Below are positions 38,692 to 48,011 of a stretch of 64,000 nucleotides of DNA, in pieces. Position 1 is the stretch's first letter. The number at the start of each line of letters is the position of its first letter. The position numbers were made by a program, and so were the translations under genes. Source of the stretch: Candidatus Woesearchaeota archaeon (GTDB lineage: Archaea; Nanobdellota; Nanobdellia; Woesearchaeales; JAGLXL01); contig DAOWKC010000002.1 of assembly GCA_030640025.1 (NCBI GenBank), positions 506,995 through 570,994 of the forward strand, in the 5' to 3' direction. The notes under the pieces were generated by a model. That model was not told where the DNA came from, searched no databases, and saw only the letters and a program-made list of their open reading frames with translations.

Positions 38692-39146
38692 ATTTGAGGG
38701 AAAAATTAAGAATTCTTGAAAAGGAAGGTGAGCTTCATGATTTTGCTTATAATACTTTGTTTGGAACCGATACCTACAAAGATATTTCTGATAAAGTAGA
38801 TGAAAAGTTTAGAATATGTTTAAGGGAATGGAGAGAAAGGAAATCTTTGAGTGGTAAAATGGGGGCTAATATTTTAATTTATATGATGGCAATAAGGGAT
38901 ACGAGAGAGTATAAAAAACAAAGGATTGATTTAGATAAATTAGCAGAAGAAATAGATTGTGAGTACACTCCTGGAGAGCTGCTTCAATATTTAGAACCAG
39001 ATCTTATTCCGAATAGATTGAGAAATGATAGAATGAAAACCCGGGTAAGGAGGGGGATATTGGATGTGGAGTATAGAAAAGACGAACGTCTGACTCCTTT
39101 CGCCCATTATTTAAAAAATTTCATTGCCCTTATATCAAAGGAATAA
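38688..39146 (+). CDS. Hypothetical protein
   Basis: ATGA-coupled ORF. Confidence 0.55.
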   Translation: MNLREKLRILEKEGELHDFAYNTLFGTDTYKDISDKVDEKFRICLREWRERKSLSGKMGANILIYMMAIRDTREYKKQRIDLDKLAEEIDCEYTPGELLQYLEPDLIPNRLRNDRMKTRVRRGILDVEYRKDERLTPFAHYLKNFIALISKE

Positions 39147-39178
39147 TCTTTTAAACTGTAAAATATTACTTCTTATTG

Positions 39179-40294
39179 ATGGATGTATATGAGCCTAGGG
39201 AGGATTCTGAATTACTGCGAAAGTATGTAAGAAAGTATGCTAAAGGCGCTGTTTTAGATATGGGTACTGGTTCTGGTATTCAAGCTGAAGAAGCTGTTAA
39301 GAAAACAAATGTTAAGAAAGTGGTGGCAGTTGACATTAATCCTGAAGTTAAGAAATATATTACTAATCAAAAGATTAAGGTTGTGATTTCTGATTTGTTT
39401 TCTAGAGTAAAGGGGAAGTATGATCTGATTATTTTTAATCCGCCTTATTTGCCTGAGGATAGTGGGATTGAGGATGCTGCTCTTTATGGCGGGAAGCAAG
39501 GTTATGAGATTTTGGTCAGGTTTTTGGAATCTGTGAATGATTATTTAGAAGATGATGGTAAGGTGTTGGTGGTTTTTTCCAACCTGACACAGAAAGATAT
39601 GGTGGATATGTCAATTGAAAGGAATTTATTAGATTTTAAACTGCTTGATTCCATGAAACTTCCTTTGTTTGAGGTTTTGTATTGTTATTTGATTACTAAG
39701 TCTGAGGTTTTGAAGCATTTGAATAAGAAAAAAGTTACTGATATAGAGTATTTGGCGCATGGAAAGCGAGGCATGGTTTTTACTGGTGATTATCGCGGAA
39801 AGAAAATTGCTGTCAAGGTCAAGAAGAAATCTTCTGAAGCTGTTGACAGGATTAAGAATGAATCTCTTTGGTTGGAGCGTTTGAATAAAGTTGGAATTGG
39901 TCCTAAGTTATTGTTCCATAATGAGAATTTCCTGGCTTATGAGTTTGTTTCTGGTGAGTTTATTATGGATTTTTTTTCTAGGGCGAGCAAGGCGCGGCAG
40001 AAAAAGGTTTTGAAAGATGTTTTTATGCAGTGTTTTATGATGGATGAGCTGCGTATCAATAAAGAAGAGATGCATCATCCTTTGAAACATGTTTTAGTTG
40101 ATTATCCTAGGGTTACTTTATTGGACTTTGAAAGAGTTTATTATACTAAAAACCCCCATAATGTGACGCAGTTTGTACAGTTTGTTTCTAATGTTTTGAA
40201 ATTAGATAAGAGGAAGATGCGAATTCTGGCTAAACGGTACAAAGATGAAATGACGCTGAAGAATTTGAAAGCGATTTTGAAGGAGATTAAATAA
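39179..40294 (+). CDS. HemK2/Mtq2-type methyltransferase fused to RIO/Bud32-like kinase domain
   Basis: VYEPREDS, LDMGTGSG, FNPPY; then HGKRG.V, AVK, GPKL, HPLKHV, LLDFE. Confidence 0.85.
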   Translation: MDVYEPREDSELLRKYVRKYAKGAVLDMGTGSGIQAEEAVKKTNVKKVVAVDINPEVKKYITNQKIKVVISDLFSRVKGKYDLIIFNPPYLPEDSGIEDAALYGGKQGYEILVRFLESVNDYLEDDGKVLVVFSNLTQKDMVDMSIERNLLDFKLLDSMKLPLFEVLYCYLITKSEVLKHLNKKKVTDIEYLAHGKRGMVFTGDYRGKKIAVKVKKKSSEAVDRIKNESLWLERLNKVGIGPKLLFHNENFLAYEFVSGEFIMDFFSRASKARQKKVLKDVFMQCFMMDELRINKEEMHHPLKHVLVDYPRVTLLDFERVYYTKNPHNVTQFVQFVSNVLKLDKRKMRILAKRYKDEMTLKNLKAILKEIK

Positions 40295-41209
40295 TCACCA
40301 TTCAACTGTCCTGGCCATATTCTTCAAGCAAGAATTCAAGTTTTTCAAGTGGTAGCTGAGGTTATGGTCAAGGTTTAAGTCATCAATTTGTTTCATTCTG
40401 TCCTGGTGTTCTAAGTTAATCTTTCTGGCTGTTGGGATGTTGTTTTTGTGGTAAGCTTTCATAAGCTGGAAGTATTTGTCACCTAACATTGAATTGATTT
40501 CCTTGACTTTATTTTTATTTTTATTGAGTTTTCCGTACAATCTTGAAATTCTTTTGACTTCATCGCCGATTGATTCTAATAACGAGATTATATTCCAGTC
40601 TTTGAGGAGTTCTTTGTTTTTTCTTTTGAGTTTTTCTGCGACATGAGGCTCTTCTAGAGCAAGTTTGATAACTCTTTTTAACAACAAAGTCAATTTGTTG
40701 ATTTCATTGTCTCTTTGGAAGATGCTTTCATAGTAATCCTCATGCAGATTAGAGGTGGAATCCTTAATCATAGAACGGATAATGATGTCAATTCTCCTAA
40801 TCAAGGATTCAATGGAAACTTCTTTGAGGTTGATTAAGTCCCTGGCAAGAATTCTGTTAGTCTCTTGTTCAATCAATTCCATACCAATAAGATTTTTGAA
40901 AGTGGTTTTAATGTCGAGAACAAAGTCTTGTAAGTTTCTGCCTTTGATGTCAATGATGTCATAATTGGCTAGGTAAGCAGCAACAATTTCTGCTTGGATT
41001 TCTTTGAGTTCTTTGGTTTCTGTTAAAATGGTTGTTCTTAAAGGTTCATGAATATCTTTTTTTTCTTTGGGACAGACAATCAGATTGTCTTTATCTTCTA
41101 AGAGATTGATCGTATCTCCCTTTTTGAGGTTGTTTCTTCTGACCCAGTATTTAGGCAAAGAAATGACAAAAGAAGTTTTGCCGAATTCGATTATTTTACG
41201 GTATTCCAT
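40295..41209 (-). CDS. AbrB-PhoU phosphate uptake regulator
   Basis: RKIIEFGKTSFVISLPK.W; LESIGDE. Confidence 0.85.
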   Translation of the reverse strand: MEYRKIIEFGKTSFVISLPKYWVRRNNLKKGDTINLLEDKDNLIVCPKEKKDIHEPLRTTILTETKELKEIQAEIVAAYLANYDIIDIKGRNLQDFVLDIKTTFKNLIGMELIEQETNRILARDLINLKEVSIESLIRRIDIIIRSMIKDSTSNLHEDYYESIFQRDNEINKLTLLLKRVIKLALEEPHVAEKLKRKNKELLKDWNIISLLESIGDEVKRISRLYGKLNKNKNKVKEINSMLGDKYFQLMKAYHKNNIPTARKINLEHQDRMKQIDDLNLDHNLSYHLKNLNSCLKNMARTVEW

Positions 41210-41409
41210 AAAGCACCTCATTTATTCTATGTATAATATATAGCATAGAACTATAAAATTGTTTTACCAACAATATTCACATTACGTGTACTTTTTAAAG
41301 GGTGCTGAGTATCCTCCAAATGTCATTACCAGTATCCTTTTATTTCTTTAATAAGATTTATAAATGGCTTGGAATCTGAGTATTAAAGATAAGTTTTGGG
41401 GGGAATAAT

Positions 41410-42258
41410 ATGACAGAAAGAAATTTTGAGATACCAAATTTAGAGGCGATAGATGCCAGCAGTCCAGATTATGCTGCAAACTTAGAAGCTGCTTGGTTAT
41501 CTATTGGAAAAGAAATGCAAGCAATTCAAGATGATGCTGATGCTTTTTCAGAAGGTACTGATGAAGGCTTAGTAGCGCGTTTAAAAAAAGCAGGCCTTAA
41601 TCCACAGGTACAGAGAAGCAATATACTAATAGTTAGCGGTTCTGGAATTGGTGTTAGTTCTAGTAGTACTGTCGGTGTTCCTCCGGAACAAGTAGAAAAA
41701 GCTGAACCCATAAGAAACGCGTATAGAGATGAAACAGATCTTAGAGAAGAAGGTTATGAGGTAAGATTAGAATCTTTAAGTGAAGCAAGGGGTGGTTTTA
41801 AATCAGCTGTTCTAGACTTGACTAAAGTAGAACCTTTGAATACAATCAATCCTGAAAATGCTGAAACTTTACTTTACCTTGTAAGATCTGGAAATAGTGA
41901 GGGTGCTGGTGTTTATTTAGGAACAGTTGCATTAGATTGTAAAACAAACCCTGACGAAGAAAAAGAAGACAGGAATTATGGTTTTGGTTTGTTAGATATA
42001 TTAAGACAGGTGGTCAGTATTCCTACAGCAACTTTGGAGCGAAAAGAAGATCTGAAACCAGAAGCTTTTGTAGATTCAGGTTACATGGATGACTTTAGAG
42101 CACAGCAAAAGGAAGTCACAGGCCAAAATGTTTATTTGGTAACCAACCCAACGACGATAGTTACCTCAAATGTACTTCTTGAGCAGGGTTTTGAAGCAGC
42201 AAAAAAAGACATCTGTGTGGGCTGTGAGAAATATAAAACTCATGCCAAAGAAGATTAA
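41410..42258 (+). CDS. Hypothetical protein, N-terminus paralogous to 43736-44620
   Basis: NFEIPNL...Y...L...GLVARLKKAGLN. Confidence 0.65.
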   Translation: MTERNFEIPNLEAIDASSPDYAANLEAAWLSIGKEMQAIQDDADAFSEGTDEGLVARLKKAGLNPQVQRSNILIVSGSGIGVSSSSTVGVPPEQVEKAEPIRNAYRDETDLREEGYEVRLESLSEARGGFKSAVLDLTKVEPLNTINPENAETLLYLVRSGNSEGAGVYLGTVALDCKTNPDEEKEDRNYGFGLLDILRQVVSIPTATLERKEDLKPEAFVDSGYMDDFRAQQKEVTGQNVYLVTNPTTIVTSNVLLEQGFEAAKKDICVGCEKYKTHAKED

Positions 42259-42279
42259 TTTCTTTTTTTATTTTCTTTT

Positions 42280-42609
42280 TTAAATATCAAATTTAAAATT
42301 ATCTACTTCTTCTGAAGTCATATCCAAAGTTCCGACAGGGATAGAAACATAGAAGTCTCGATAAATGTCGCTTTTTTCAGGAAATTCTTTTTCCTGGTAT
42401 TCAAAAGTGATTAATCTTCTTTTATCTTCAATTATCAATTCAATATTAAATTGGTAGCCAAGAAAAGGCTCTTTTTGCATTGCTTCATTTAAATCTAAGG
42501 GAGAAATTTTTCCTTGTTTAATACCTTGAGTTATGATTGCTTTTAATCCACTGGGTGTGAAATCATTGCCAATTTCAAAAGTTTCTGAAAAATTTCTTTC
42601 TGGATTCAT
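42280..42609 (-). CDS. Hypothetical protein
   Basis: 109-aa ORF with TATA upstream. Confidence 0.55.
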   Translation of the reverse strand: MNPERNFSETFEIGNDFTPSGLKAIITQGIKQGKISPLDLNEAMQKEPFLGYQFNIELIIEDKRRLITFEYQEKEFPEKSDIYRDFYVSIPVGTLDMTSEEVDNFKFDI

Positions 42610-42699
42610 TTTGGTGATGGATAAATCTACGATTTATATATGTTTCTTATAAATTAAATGGCTCGAATTAAAATTCTCAAGGCTGTTTTTTGTTTGACC

Positions 42700-42984
42700 A
42701 TGAGCTTGGAAAAATTTATTTTGGAAGTTTTGCGGGAATTTGATGTGGTTCACAAAAAAAAATTGAGCAAGAAAGACAGCTGTGTCGAAGTTGATTTCCA
42801 GCGGAAAAAAATCTATCTGCGGAAAGACCAGCCAGGTTACGGCCTGGATACTTTTCTTTTGACTGGTATTGCTCGTGTTTATTATCGGTTTTATCATCGC
42901 CAAGAAGCTGATATGGGGGATGCCTTGGATTTGGCTAAGAAATGGTACAGCGAGATATACTCAGACCTGAAGCCCGAGGATTAG
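42700..42984 (+). CDS. Degenerate paralog of downstream HExxH protein (no zinc motif)
   Basis: ILEVLREFD..HKK..DF.RKKIY..KDQ..G.DT aligns with 42942 ORF. Confidence 0.65.
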   Translation: MSLEKFILEVLREFDVVHKKKLSKKDSCVEVDFQRKKIYLRKDQPGYGLDTFLLTGIARVYYRFYHRQEADMGDALDLAKKWYSEIYSDLKPED

Positions 42985-43259
42985 TTAAGGTAATTCTTGA
43001 AGTTTTGAGAGAATTTGATTTGATACATAAGAAAATGAAATGCCGCGGTGAAGCTGATTTTGGCAAGAGGAAAATTTACTATAAGAAAGACCAGGAATAT
43101 TATGAAGGTATGGATACTTTGCTGCATGAATTTATCCATGTTTACCGCGATTGTTATTTAGGGAATGAAAAACCGCCTGGAGATGAGGATGAAGCAGAAA
43201 CTGTTTTGAATGCTGATTATTGGGGGAGATTGGTTTTTGGGGATTTAGAGGATATATAA
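42942..43259 (+). CDS. Small zincin-like metallopeptidase
   Basis: DTLLHEFIHVY with downstream Glu residues; start uncertain. Confidence 0.7.
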   Translation: MVQRDILRPEARGLVKVILEVLREFDLIHKKMKCRGEADFGKRKIYYKKDQEYYEGMDTLLHEFIHVYRDCYLGNEKPPGDEDEAETVLNADYWGRLVFGDLEDI

Positions 43260-43311
43260 CCTATAAATTACATAGCCAGAATTAAACTAGTTTTTTTGCG
43301 TTATTTTATTT

Positions 43312-43345
43312 GAAAGAGCAGACTTCCAACATCTAGCTCTTTCTG
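43312..43345 (+). ncRNA. Conserved-loop hairpin copy 1 (GCAGACTTCCAACA 43318-43331)
   Basis: GAAAGAGC-AGA-[CTTCCAACA]-TCT-A-GCTCTTTC, ending 7 nt before ATG 43351. Confidence 0.7.
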
Positions 43346-43350
43346 CCTAA

Positions 43351-43668
43351 ATGGATAAGCATGAAAGTTTAAAAAAGAGGATAAAAGAAAATCCAGGGCT
43401 GATTGGTCTGGAAAACATTTTGGGTGTGGAAGAAGAGGTGCCTTGCTACAATGAAGATGGAAATCTGGTCTGCCAGCCGGATCTTATTTTTGAGCTGGAA
43501 AATGGCAAGGTCTTGGTTGAAGTCAAGAGCAGCAATCATAGGAGGGCGTTAGCAAAATTAGACGAGCAGTTGAGACGAGGATATAATTATTTCAAAAAAC
43601 AAGGAGAATTTTACGATTGTATTGGTGTTTATCTGGAAAATGACGAAGTAATGTGGTATAAAAGATAA
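43351..43668 (+). CDS. Small PD-(D/E)XK nuclease-fold protein
   Basis: QPDLIF...VLVEVKSS...QL. Confidence 0.7.
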   Translation: MDKHESLKKRIKENPGLIGLENILGVEEEVPCYNEDGNLVCQPDLIFELENGKVLVEVKSSNHRRALAKLDEQLRRGYNYFKKQGEFYDCIGVYLENDEVMWYKR

Positions 43669-43735
43669 TTTGTCTAAAATCAGTGACAAAAAACATACCA
43701 TAAACTATATAAGATATCTTTATTTTGGGTTTATT

Positions 43736-44620
43736 ATGGTAGATAATTTTGAAGTTCCGAGTTTGGATAACTTAAATCATTCTGATTCAGGTTATGTTTC
43801 TCAATTAAATCAAGATTTATTGAATATGGATTCAAGGTATCATTGGATTGATGAACAAGCTGAAGTTCTGTTTAGTGGTTTAGTAGCACGTTTGAAAGAA
43901 AAAGGAATTAATGAAGACAATTATTCAACAATTAAAGGGAGTAAACATTGTGCTGATTATCCAGGGTATAGCAGGAAATCTTTTGAGATAAAAATTAAAA
44001 CAGAAGACGAAAAGGAAAGAAAGAAAATTGAAGATATTATTGATGCTCATAAGAGGGAAGTAGCACCTCAATTATTTGAATTATTGGAACAAGAAAAAAA
44101 ATTAGACAAAGCTTATGCTGAATTTCGAACAGCAGCTGCAGAAGTTTCTGATATTAATCCCTTAAGGCCAGTTGATTTGGAATATAATGGTTTTGTTATT
44201 TATCTTCAGGGAGATGAAGATATTCTTGAAATGTATTTTGATATTAATGATTTAAAAAAATCAGAATTATTGTCAGTCAAGGAAGATCATACAAAAATTT
44301 GTGAAACTCATAAACTTCCAAATCCAACTCCAAATTTTCCTAAATTAACTGACCCAAAATTCTTAGATGAATTAAGAGAAGAAACAAAAAATATTCCCTT
44401 CAACATTTATATTGTGACTAATTCTATTGAAAGAGTAGTATATAATGAAGTTTTCTTTTATGCTAGGCATCGGATTATAAAAGAAGTTTCTGAATTAAGA
44501 GAAAGACAACCGGAATTAAAAGAAAAACAACCTTGGCCTTATGCTCAACAGTTTGCTAAGGATTTAATGGAAAAATTTATGAAAAAATCAACACAGTCCA
44601 CACAAGAACACGAAGAATAA
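43736..44620 (+). CDS. Hypothetical protein, N-terminus paralogous to 41410-42258
   Basis: NFEVPSL...GLVARLKEKGIN. Confidence 0.65.
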   Translation: MVDNFEVPSLDNLNHSDSGYVSQLNQDLLNMDSRYHWIDEQAEVLFSGLVARLKEKGINEDNYSTIKGSKHCADYPGYSRKSFEIKIKTEDEKERKKIEDIIDAHKREVAPQLFELLEQEKKLDKAYAEFRTAAAEVSDINPLRPVDLEYNGFVIYLQGDEDILEMYFDINDLKKSELLSVKEDHTKICETHKLPNPTPNFPKLTDPKFLDELREETKNIPFNIYIVTNSIERVVYNEVFFYARHRIIKEVSELRERQPELKEKQPWPYAQQFAKDLMEKFMKKSTQSTQEHEE

Positions 44621-44695
44621 CTATTTCTTGTTTAGAATATGTTCTATATTTTAGATATAGGTCGATTATATAGCCCTAGAAATCTAAGTAATACT

Positions 44696-44734
44696 TAGAA
44701 AGAAGCAGACTTCCAACAACTGTTTTTCTTTCTG
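44696..44734 (+). ncRNA. Conserved-loop hairpin copy 2 (motif 44705-44718)
   Basis: TAGAAAGAAGCAG-[ACTTCCAACAA]-CTGTTTTTCTTTCTG abutting RBS GGGGTG. Confidence 0.7.
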
Positions 44735-44743
44735 GGGTGCTGA

Positions 44744-45493
44744 ATGAGATTAAACACTGCTAAGTTCGACCTAGATAAGTTAGTCTTATTTTACATTACA
44801 GACATTCATTTGGGTTCTAAGTATTGTGATGAAGATTTACTCAAAGAATTTCTTGATTCAGCAATGGAAGATCCAAATGCTTTTGTGATTGACGGCGGTG
44901 ATTTGCTGGAAACAGCAACTAAAGATTCTGTAGGAGCAGGTATTTTTGAACAAGATGAGATTGTGCAGGAGCAGATAGAGCATGCAGTTAAATTGTACAG
45001 GCCTTTGGCTGATGAGGGTAAATTACTGGGATTGCATCGGGGTAATCATGAATATCGTGTTTTTAAACATTCTGGGACAAATCTAACAAAAATTATGGCA
45101 CAAATGCTGGGTGTCAAGTATTTTGGTGATGGGGTGCTGCATTATTTCAAAGTTGGCAATGAGAATTACAGTTTGTATTCCTGCCATGGTTCTTCTGGGG
45201 CGAGACTGCCCCACACCAAAATCAAATCGGCCATTGATTTAGCCAACATGGTGGATGTGGAAGTTTATCTGATGGGGCATCTGCATCAGTTGTCGCATCA
45301 CACCAGGGTTTTCTATTCAATTGACAAGAGAAAAAGAACTGTGGTTGAAGGCCAAAAGCACTTTGTTCTGGGTGGATCATATCTGAATCATTGGGGAAGC
45401 TACGGCCAGATGAAAGGCTATGAGATGATGAGAAAAGGTTCTCCCAAAATCAAGCTGCATGGCGACAAGCACATAATCCGGGTGAGTTTGTAA
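44744..45493 (+). CDS. Calcineurin-like metallophosphoesterase
   Basis: TDIHLG, GGDL, GNHE, CHG, GHLH. Confidence 0.88.
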   Translation: MRLNTAKFDLDKLVLFYITDIHLGSKYCDEDLLKEFLDSAMEDPNAFVIDGGDLLETATKDSVGAGIFEQDEIVQEQIEHAVKLYRPLADEGKLLGLHRGNHEYRVFKHSGTNLTKIMAQMLGVKYFGDGVLHYFKVGNENYSLYSCHGSSGARLPHTKIKSAIDLANMVDVEVYLMGHLHQLSHHTRVFYSIDKRKRTVVEGQKHFVLGGSYLNHWGSYGQMKGYEMMRKGSPKIKLHGDKHIIRVSL

Positions 45494-45494
45494 A

Positions 45495-45716
45495 ATGGAA
45501 TACACAACTTTGATAGAAAAAGAATGCGGACATTTTGGTTTGATACAAAATAAACTGCCGAATGAGATGGTGCAGTGCAGCCAATGTGAATTAAACGGCG
45601 GTAAAGGCAGGGTTAAGGTAATACAAAGCAAATTAATCGACAGCGGAGAAGTACCTGAGCTGGATTTTTCTGAGTTAGACAAGTGGATTGGTTCTCAGCT
45701 GATAGACAGGACGTGA
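45495..45716 (+). CDS. Small Zn-ribbon-like protein
   Basis: CGH...CSQC. Confidence 0.55.
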   Translation: MEYTTLIEKECGHFGLIQNKLPNEMVQCSQCELNGGKGRVKVIQSKLIDSGEVPELDFSELDKWIGSQLIDRT

Positions 45717-45721
45717 TAAAG

Positions 45722-46021
45722 ATGAATCTAGAAGAAAAAGGAAGGAAGATGTACAATTCATTGACAGAATTTTATGAAAGATACGAAAGAATGGAATTTT
45801 TGGAATATGTGATCAAGTATGCAGAACTAGAGGCAGAATTTCTGGGAATTGATTTTGAGATGATTGTTTCTTTTAGAGGCTACATAATGCTGGAAGATGT
45901 TTACAAGAGAAACATTGAGCATCTGCAGAGCGGTGGTGAGGGAGCAGTGCCTTTGGAAATTCTAACTGAAGGAGAAATCAAACATGAATTAAAACAAAAA
46001 TATGGTGGTGTAAAAAAATAA
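45722..46021 (+). CDS. Hypothetical protein
   Basis: ORF in operon; ATG 45722. Confidence 0.55.
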   Translation: MNLEEKGRKMYNSLTEFYERYERMEFLEYVIKYAELEAEFLGIDFEMIVSFRGYIMLEDVYKRNIEHLQSGGEGAVPLEILTEGEIKHELKQKYGGVKK

Positions 46022-46056
46022 GATGCGGGCAGACTTCCAACAGCTGAAAGCATCTG
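46021..46056 (+). ncRNA. Conserved-loop hairpin copy 3 (motif 46029-46042)
   Basis: AGATGC-GGG-CAG-[ACTTCCAACAG]-CTG-AAA-GCATCT abutting RBS GGAGG. Confidence 0.7.
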
Positions 46057-46066
46057 GAGGATGAGA

Positions 46067-47227
46067 ATGAGTCAATTATTGGAAATATTAAGGAAAACTG
46101 CTAGGACAACTGCATTGACAGGTGCTTTTCTAGCAACAGCTGCTTTTACACATCTTTACACAAAGATTGATGTAGAAAACAATATGAGGCAAAATGATAA
46201 TGAAATTATTGTTCATCACAATGATTTAGTTGATGCAGTTAATAGTTGGGCAGAATGTTCAAGCGAGAACAGAGAATCAATTGAAAATATTCACGAAGGC
46301 CTGACAGAAGTAATTGAATGGTTTACCAAAGAGGGGATTAAGTATCGGATTGCAATCTATGGTTTGGCCAAGGGTTTGCAAGGAGTTGGCCAGCAAGTTG
46401 GCAAGAATAAGAATGCATTGGATTCAATTGCAGAAAAGGGAAAAGCTCTGTTTGACGGCAAATATGATTTCAATAATTCTTTAGTTGATCATAGTAAAAA
46501 AGGTCTTGAGGGAATTGCTGAATCATTGTATTTTATTGAAACAGAAACTGTTTTTGAGAGGAAGAAGGGCGCGGAAGTAGAAACTGCCAAGCCAACAATT
46601 AGAGGCGGAGCAACTGCAATTCTTAATGGCCAATACTTAATTACCTGTAATCATGTTGTTAACAGAGAGAAATTAAGTATTGGTTTTGGGCCGTGGCAGA
46701 TGGAGATGCCTGGTTATGAAAAGAAATCAGAAGTGACTTATTTGTTATTGGGTGAGGAGAAAGTTGCTTTAGAAACTGTTCTTAAAGATAAGGCAAATGA
46801 TGTGGCTATCTTTAAGGTGCCTGAAGGTTATAACTTGCACAGTCTGCCTTGTGCCTTGGGAAATTCAGATGAATTGCAGAAAGGCAATTTCCTCTATGTA
46901 GTTGGTGTGCCAGGAGCTTTTGGTGTTAATGTGCGTGAAGGGATTTATTCTACAGGACAAGTTCCAGAAGCTCTGAATGGTAGATTCAATACTGAAAATG
47001 CCTTTATGGTTTCCTGCGGTTTGAATCCAGGTGATTCCGGGACAATGATTATTGGGGTTCGTGACGGCCAGTATGAATTTGTGGGTCTGCCTCAGGGCAA
47101 GTTTATGGGTCCTGAGAAAATGGGCTGGGCAATTGGCATGACACCAATCAAAAAACTGGTTCGTTCATATTTGGAGCAGAATGATTTGGTCAAGAAGCAT
47201 AAAGACTTGTATGACGGACTAAAATGA
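46067..47227 (+). CDS. Trypsin-like (S1/HtrA-type) serine protease with N-terminal anchor and coiled coil
   Basis: ITCNHVV, NDVAIFK, LNPGDSG triad; start 46061 or 46067. Confidence 0.85.
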   Translation: MSQLLEILRKTARTTALTGAFLATAAFTHLYTKIDVENNMRQNDNEIIVHHNDLVDAVNSWAECSSENRESIENIHEGLTEVIEWFTKEGIKYRIAIYGLAKGLQGVGQQVGKNKNALDSIAEKGKALFDGKYDFNNSLVDHSKKGLEGIAESLYFIETETVFERKKGAEVETAKPTIRGGATAILNGQYLITCNHVVNREKLSIGFGPWQMEMPGYEKKSEVTYLLLGEEKVALETVLKDKANDVAIFKVPEGYNLHSLPCALGNSDELQKGNFLYVVGVPGAFGVNVREGIYSTGQVPEALNGRFNTENAFMVSCGLNPGDSGTMIIGVRDGQYEFVGLPQGKFMGPEKMGWAIGMTPIKKLVRSYLEQNDLVKKHKDLYDGLK

Positions 47228-47553
47228 AGGTTTATGTCTCTAAAGACGTGCAGTGTATTTGGAATAGATTATGCGAGCTTTACACCAAAGAGCAACGCCA
47301 AGTGATTTACTCTGATCTAGAGATGGTGATTGAACAAACAGCTCTGGCTCAAGGAATTTCTTTGGATGAAGATGACCAGGAACACAAGGATTTGAATCAG
47401 AAAATTACTGACAGGTATATTGTTGGTGTTTATGCAATTGGTGTCCGGTATTTGCATGAAGTGCCTGAAGCCAAGGAAATTCCTGTTGTTAACTTTACTT
47501 ATGAAGAACTATTCAAAGAAAAACCGACTGACCCAGAGGACCAGCCGGGTTAA
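47224..47553 (+). CDS. Hypothetical protein
   Basis: ATGA-like overlap with protease gene. Confidence 0.55.
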   Translation: MKVYVSKDVQCIWNRLCELYTKEQRQVIYSDLEMVIEQTALAQGISLDEDDQEHKDLNQKITDRYIVGVYAIGVRYLHEVPEAKEIPVVNFTYEELFKEKPTDPEDQPG

Positions 47554-47597
47554 AGACTGCAGAGCAGACTTCCAACATTTGTTTTGTGGTCTTTCTG
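47552..47597 (+). ncRNA. Conserved-loop hairpin copy 4 (motif 47564-47577)
   Basis: 17-bp stem AAAGACTGCAGAGCAGA/TTTGTTTTGTGGTCTTT with 5 G-U pairs, loop CTTCCAACA. Confidence 0.75.
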
Positions 47598-47617
47598 GTA
47601 TTTAAAACTTGTTGAAA

Positions 47618-48007
47618 ATGGACTGGATAATTTTTGGCCAAATGCTTTTGTCTTTGGTTTTAGGAGGTTTGATTGGTTTTGAGAGAGAAAAAAGCAGCCA
47701 TCCGGCCGGCCTTAGGACCCATATATTAGTTTGCGTGACCTCTGCTTTTTTAATGATTGCTTTTGATAATCTATTTTTTGGAGATTCAGTAGCACGCATG
47801 GGCGCAGGTATCATTACAGGCATTGGTTTTTTGGGTGCTGGAGCAATAATTGTTTATGGCAGAGAAGTTTTTGGCCTGACGACTGCTGCTTCTATTTGGG
47901 CTACAGCTGGTTTGGGAATAATAATTGGTTTAGGTTTATATTGGGAGGCAGTGGTTGCTGCAATTTTTTTCTTTATAGTTTTGAGATTAAAAACAAAAAG
48001 GGGGTGA
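47618..48007 (+). CDS. MgtC/SapB family membrane protein
   Basis: GLIGFERE..PAGLRTH, GIGFLGAG, GLTTAASIW. Confidence 0.92.
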   Translation: MDWIIFGQMLLSLVLGGLIGFEREKSSHPAGLRTHILVCVTSAFLMIAFDNLFFGDSVARMGAGIITGIGFLGAGAIIVYGREVFGLTTAASIWATAGLGIIIGLGLYWEAVVAAIFFFIVLRLKTKRG

Positions 48008-48011
48008 GAGC

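Noticed and set aside
46021-46056. Loop resembles the tRNA-Gly(TCC) anticodon loop CTTCCAA
   Set aside because: No cloverleaf, D or T arms; loop is 9-11 nt; not called as tRNA.
43318-47577. GCAGACTTCCAACA repeats as a CRISPR array
   Set aside because: Only 14 bp, separated by 1.3-1.5 kb of intact genes, and no cas genes.
43312-47597. Canonical integron attC sites
   Set aside because: No RYYYAAC...GTTRRRY ends, conserved bases lie in the loop, and no integrase in the window; only an analogy is retained.
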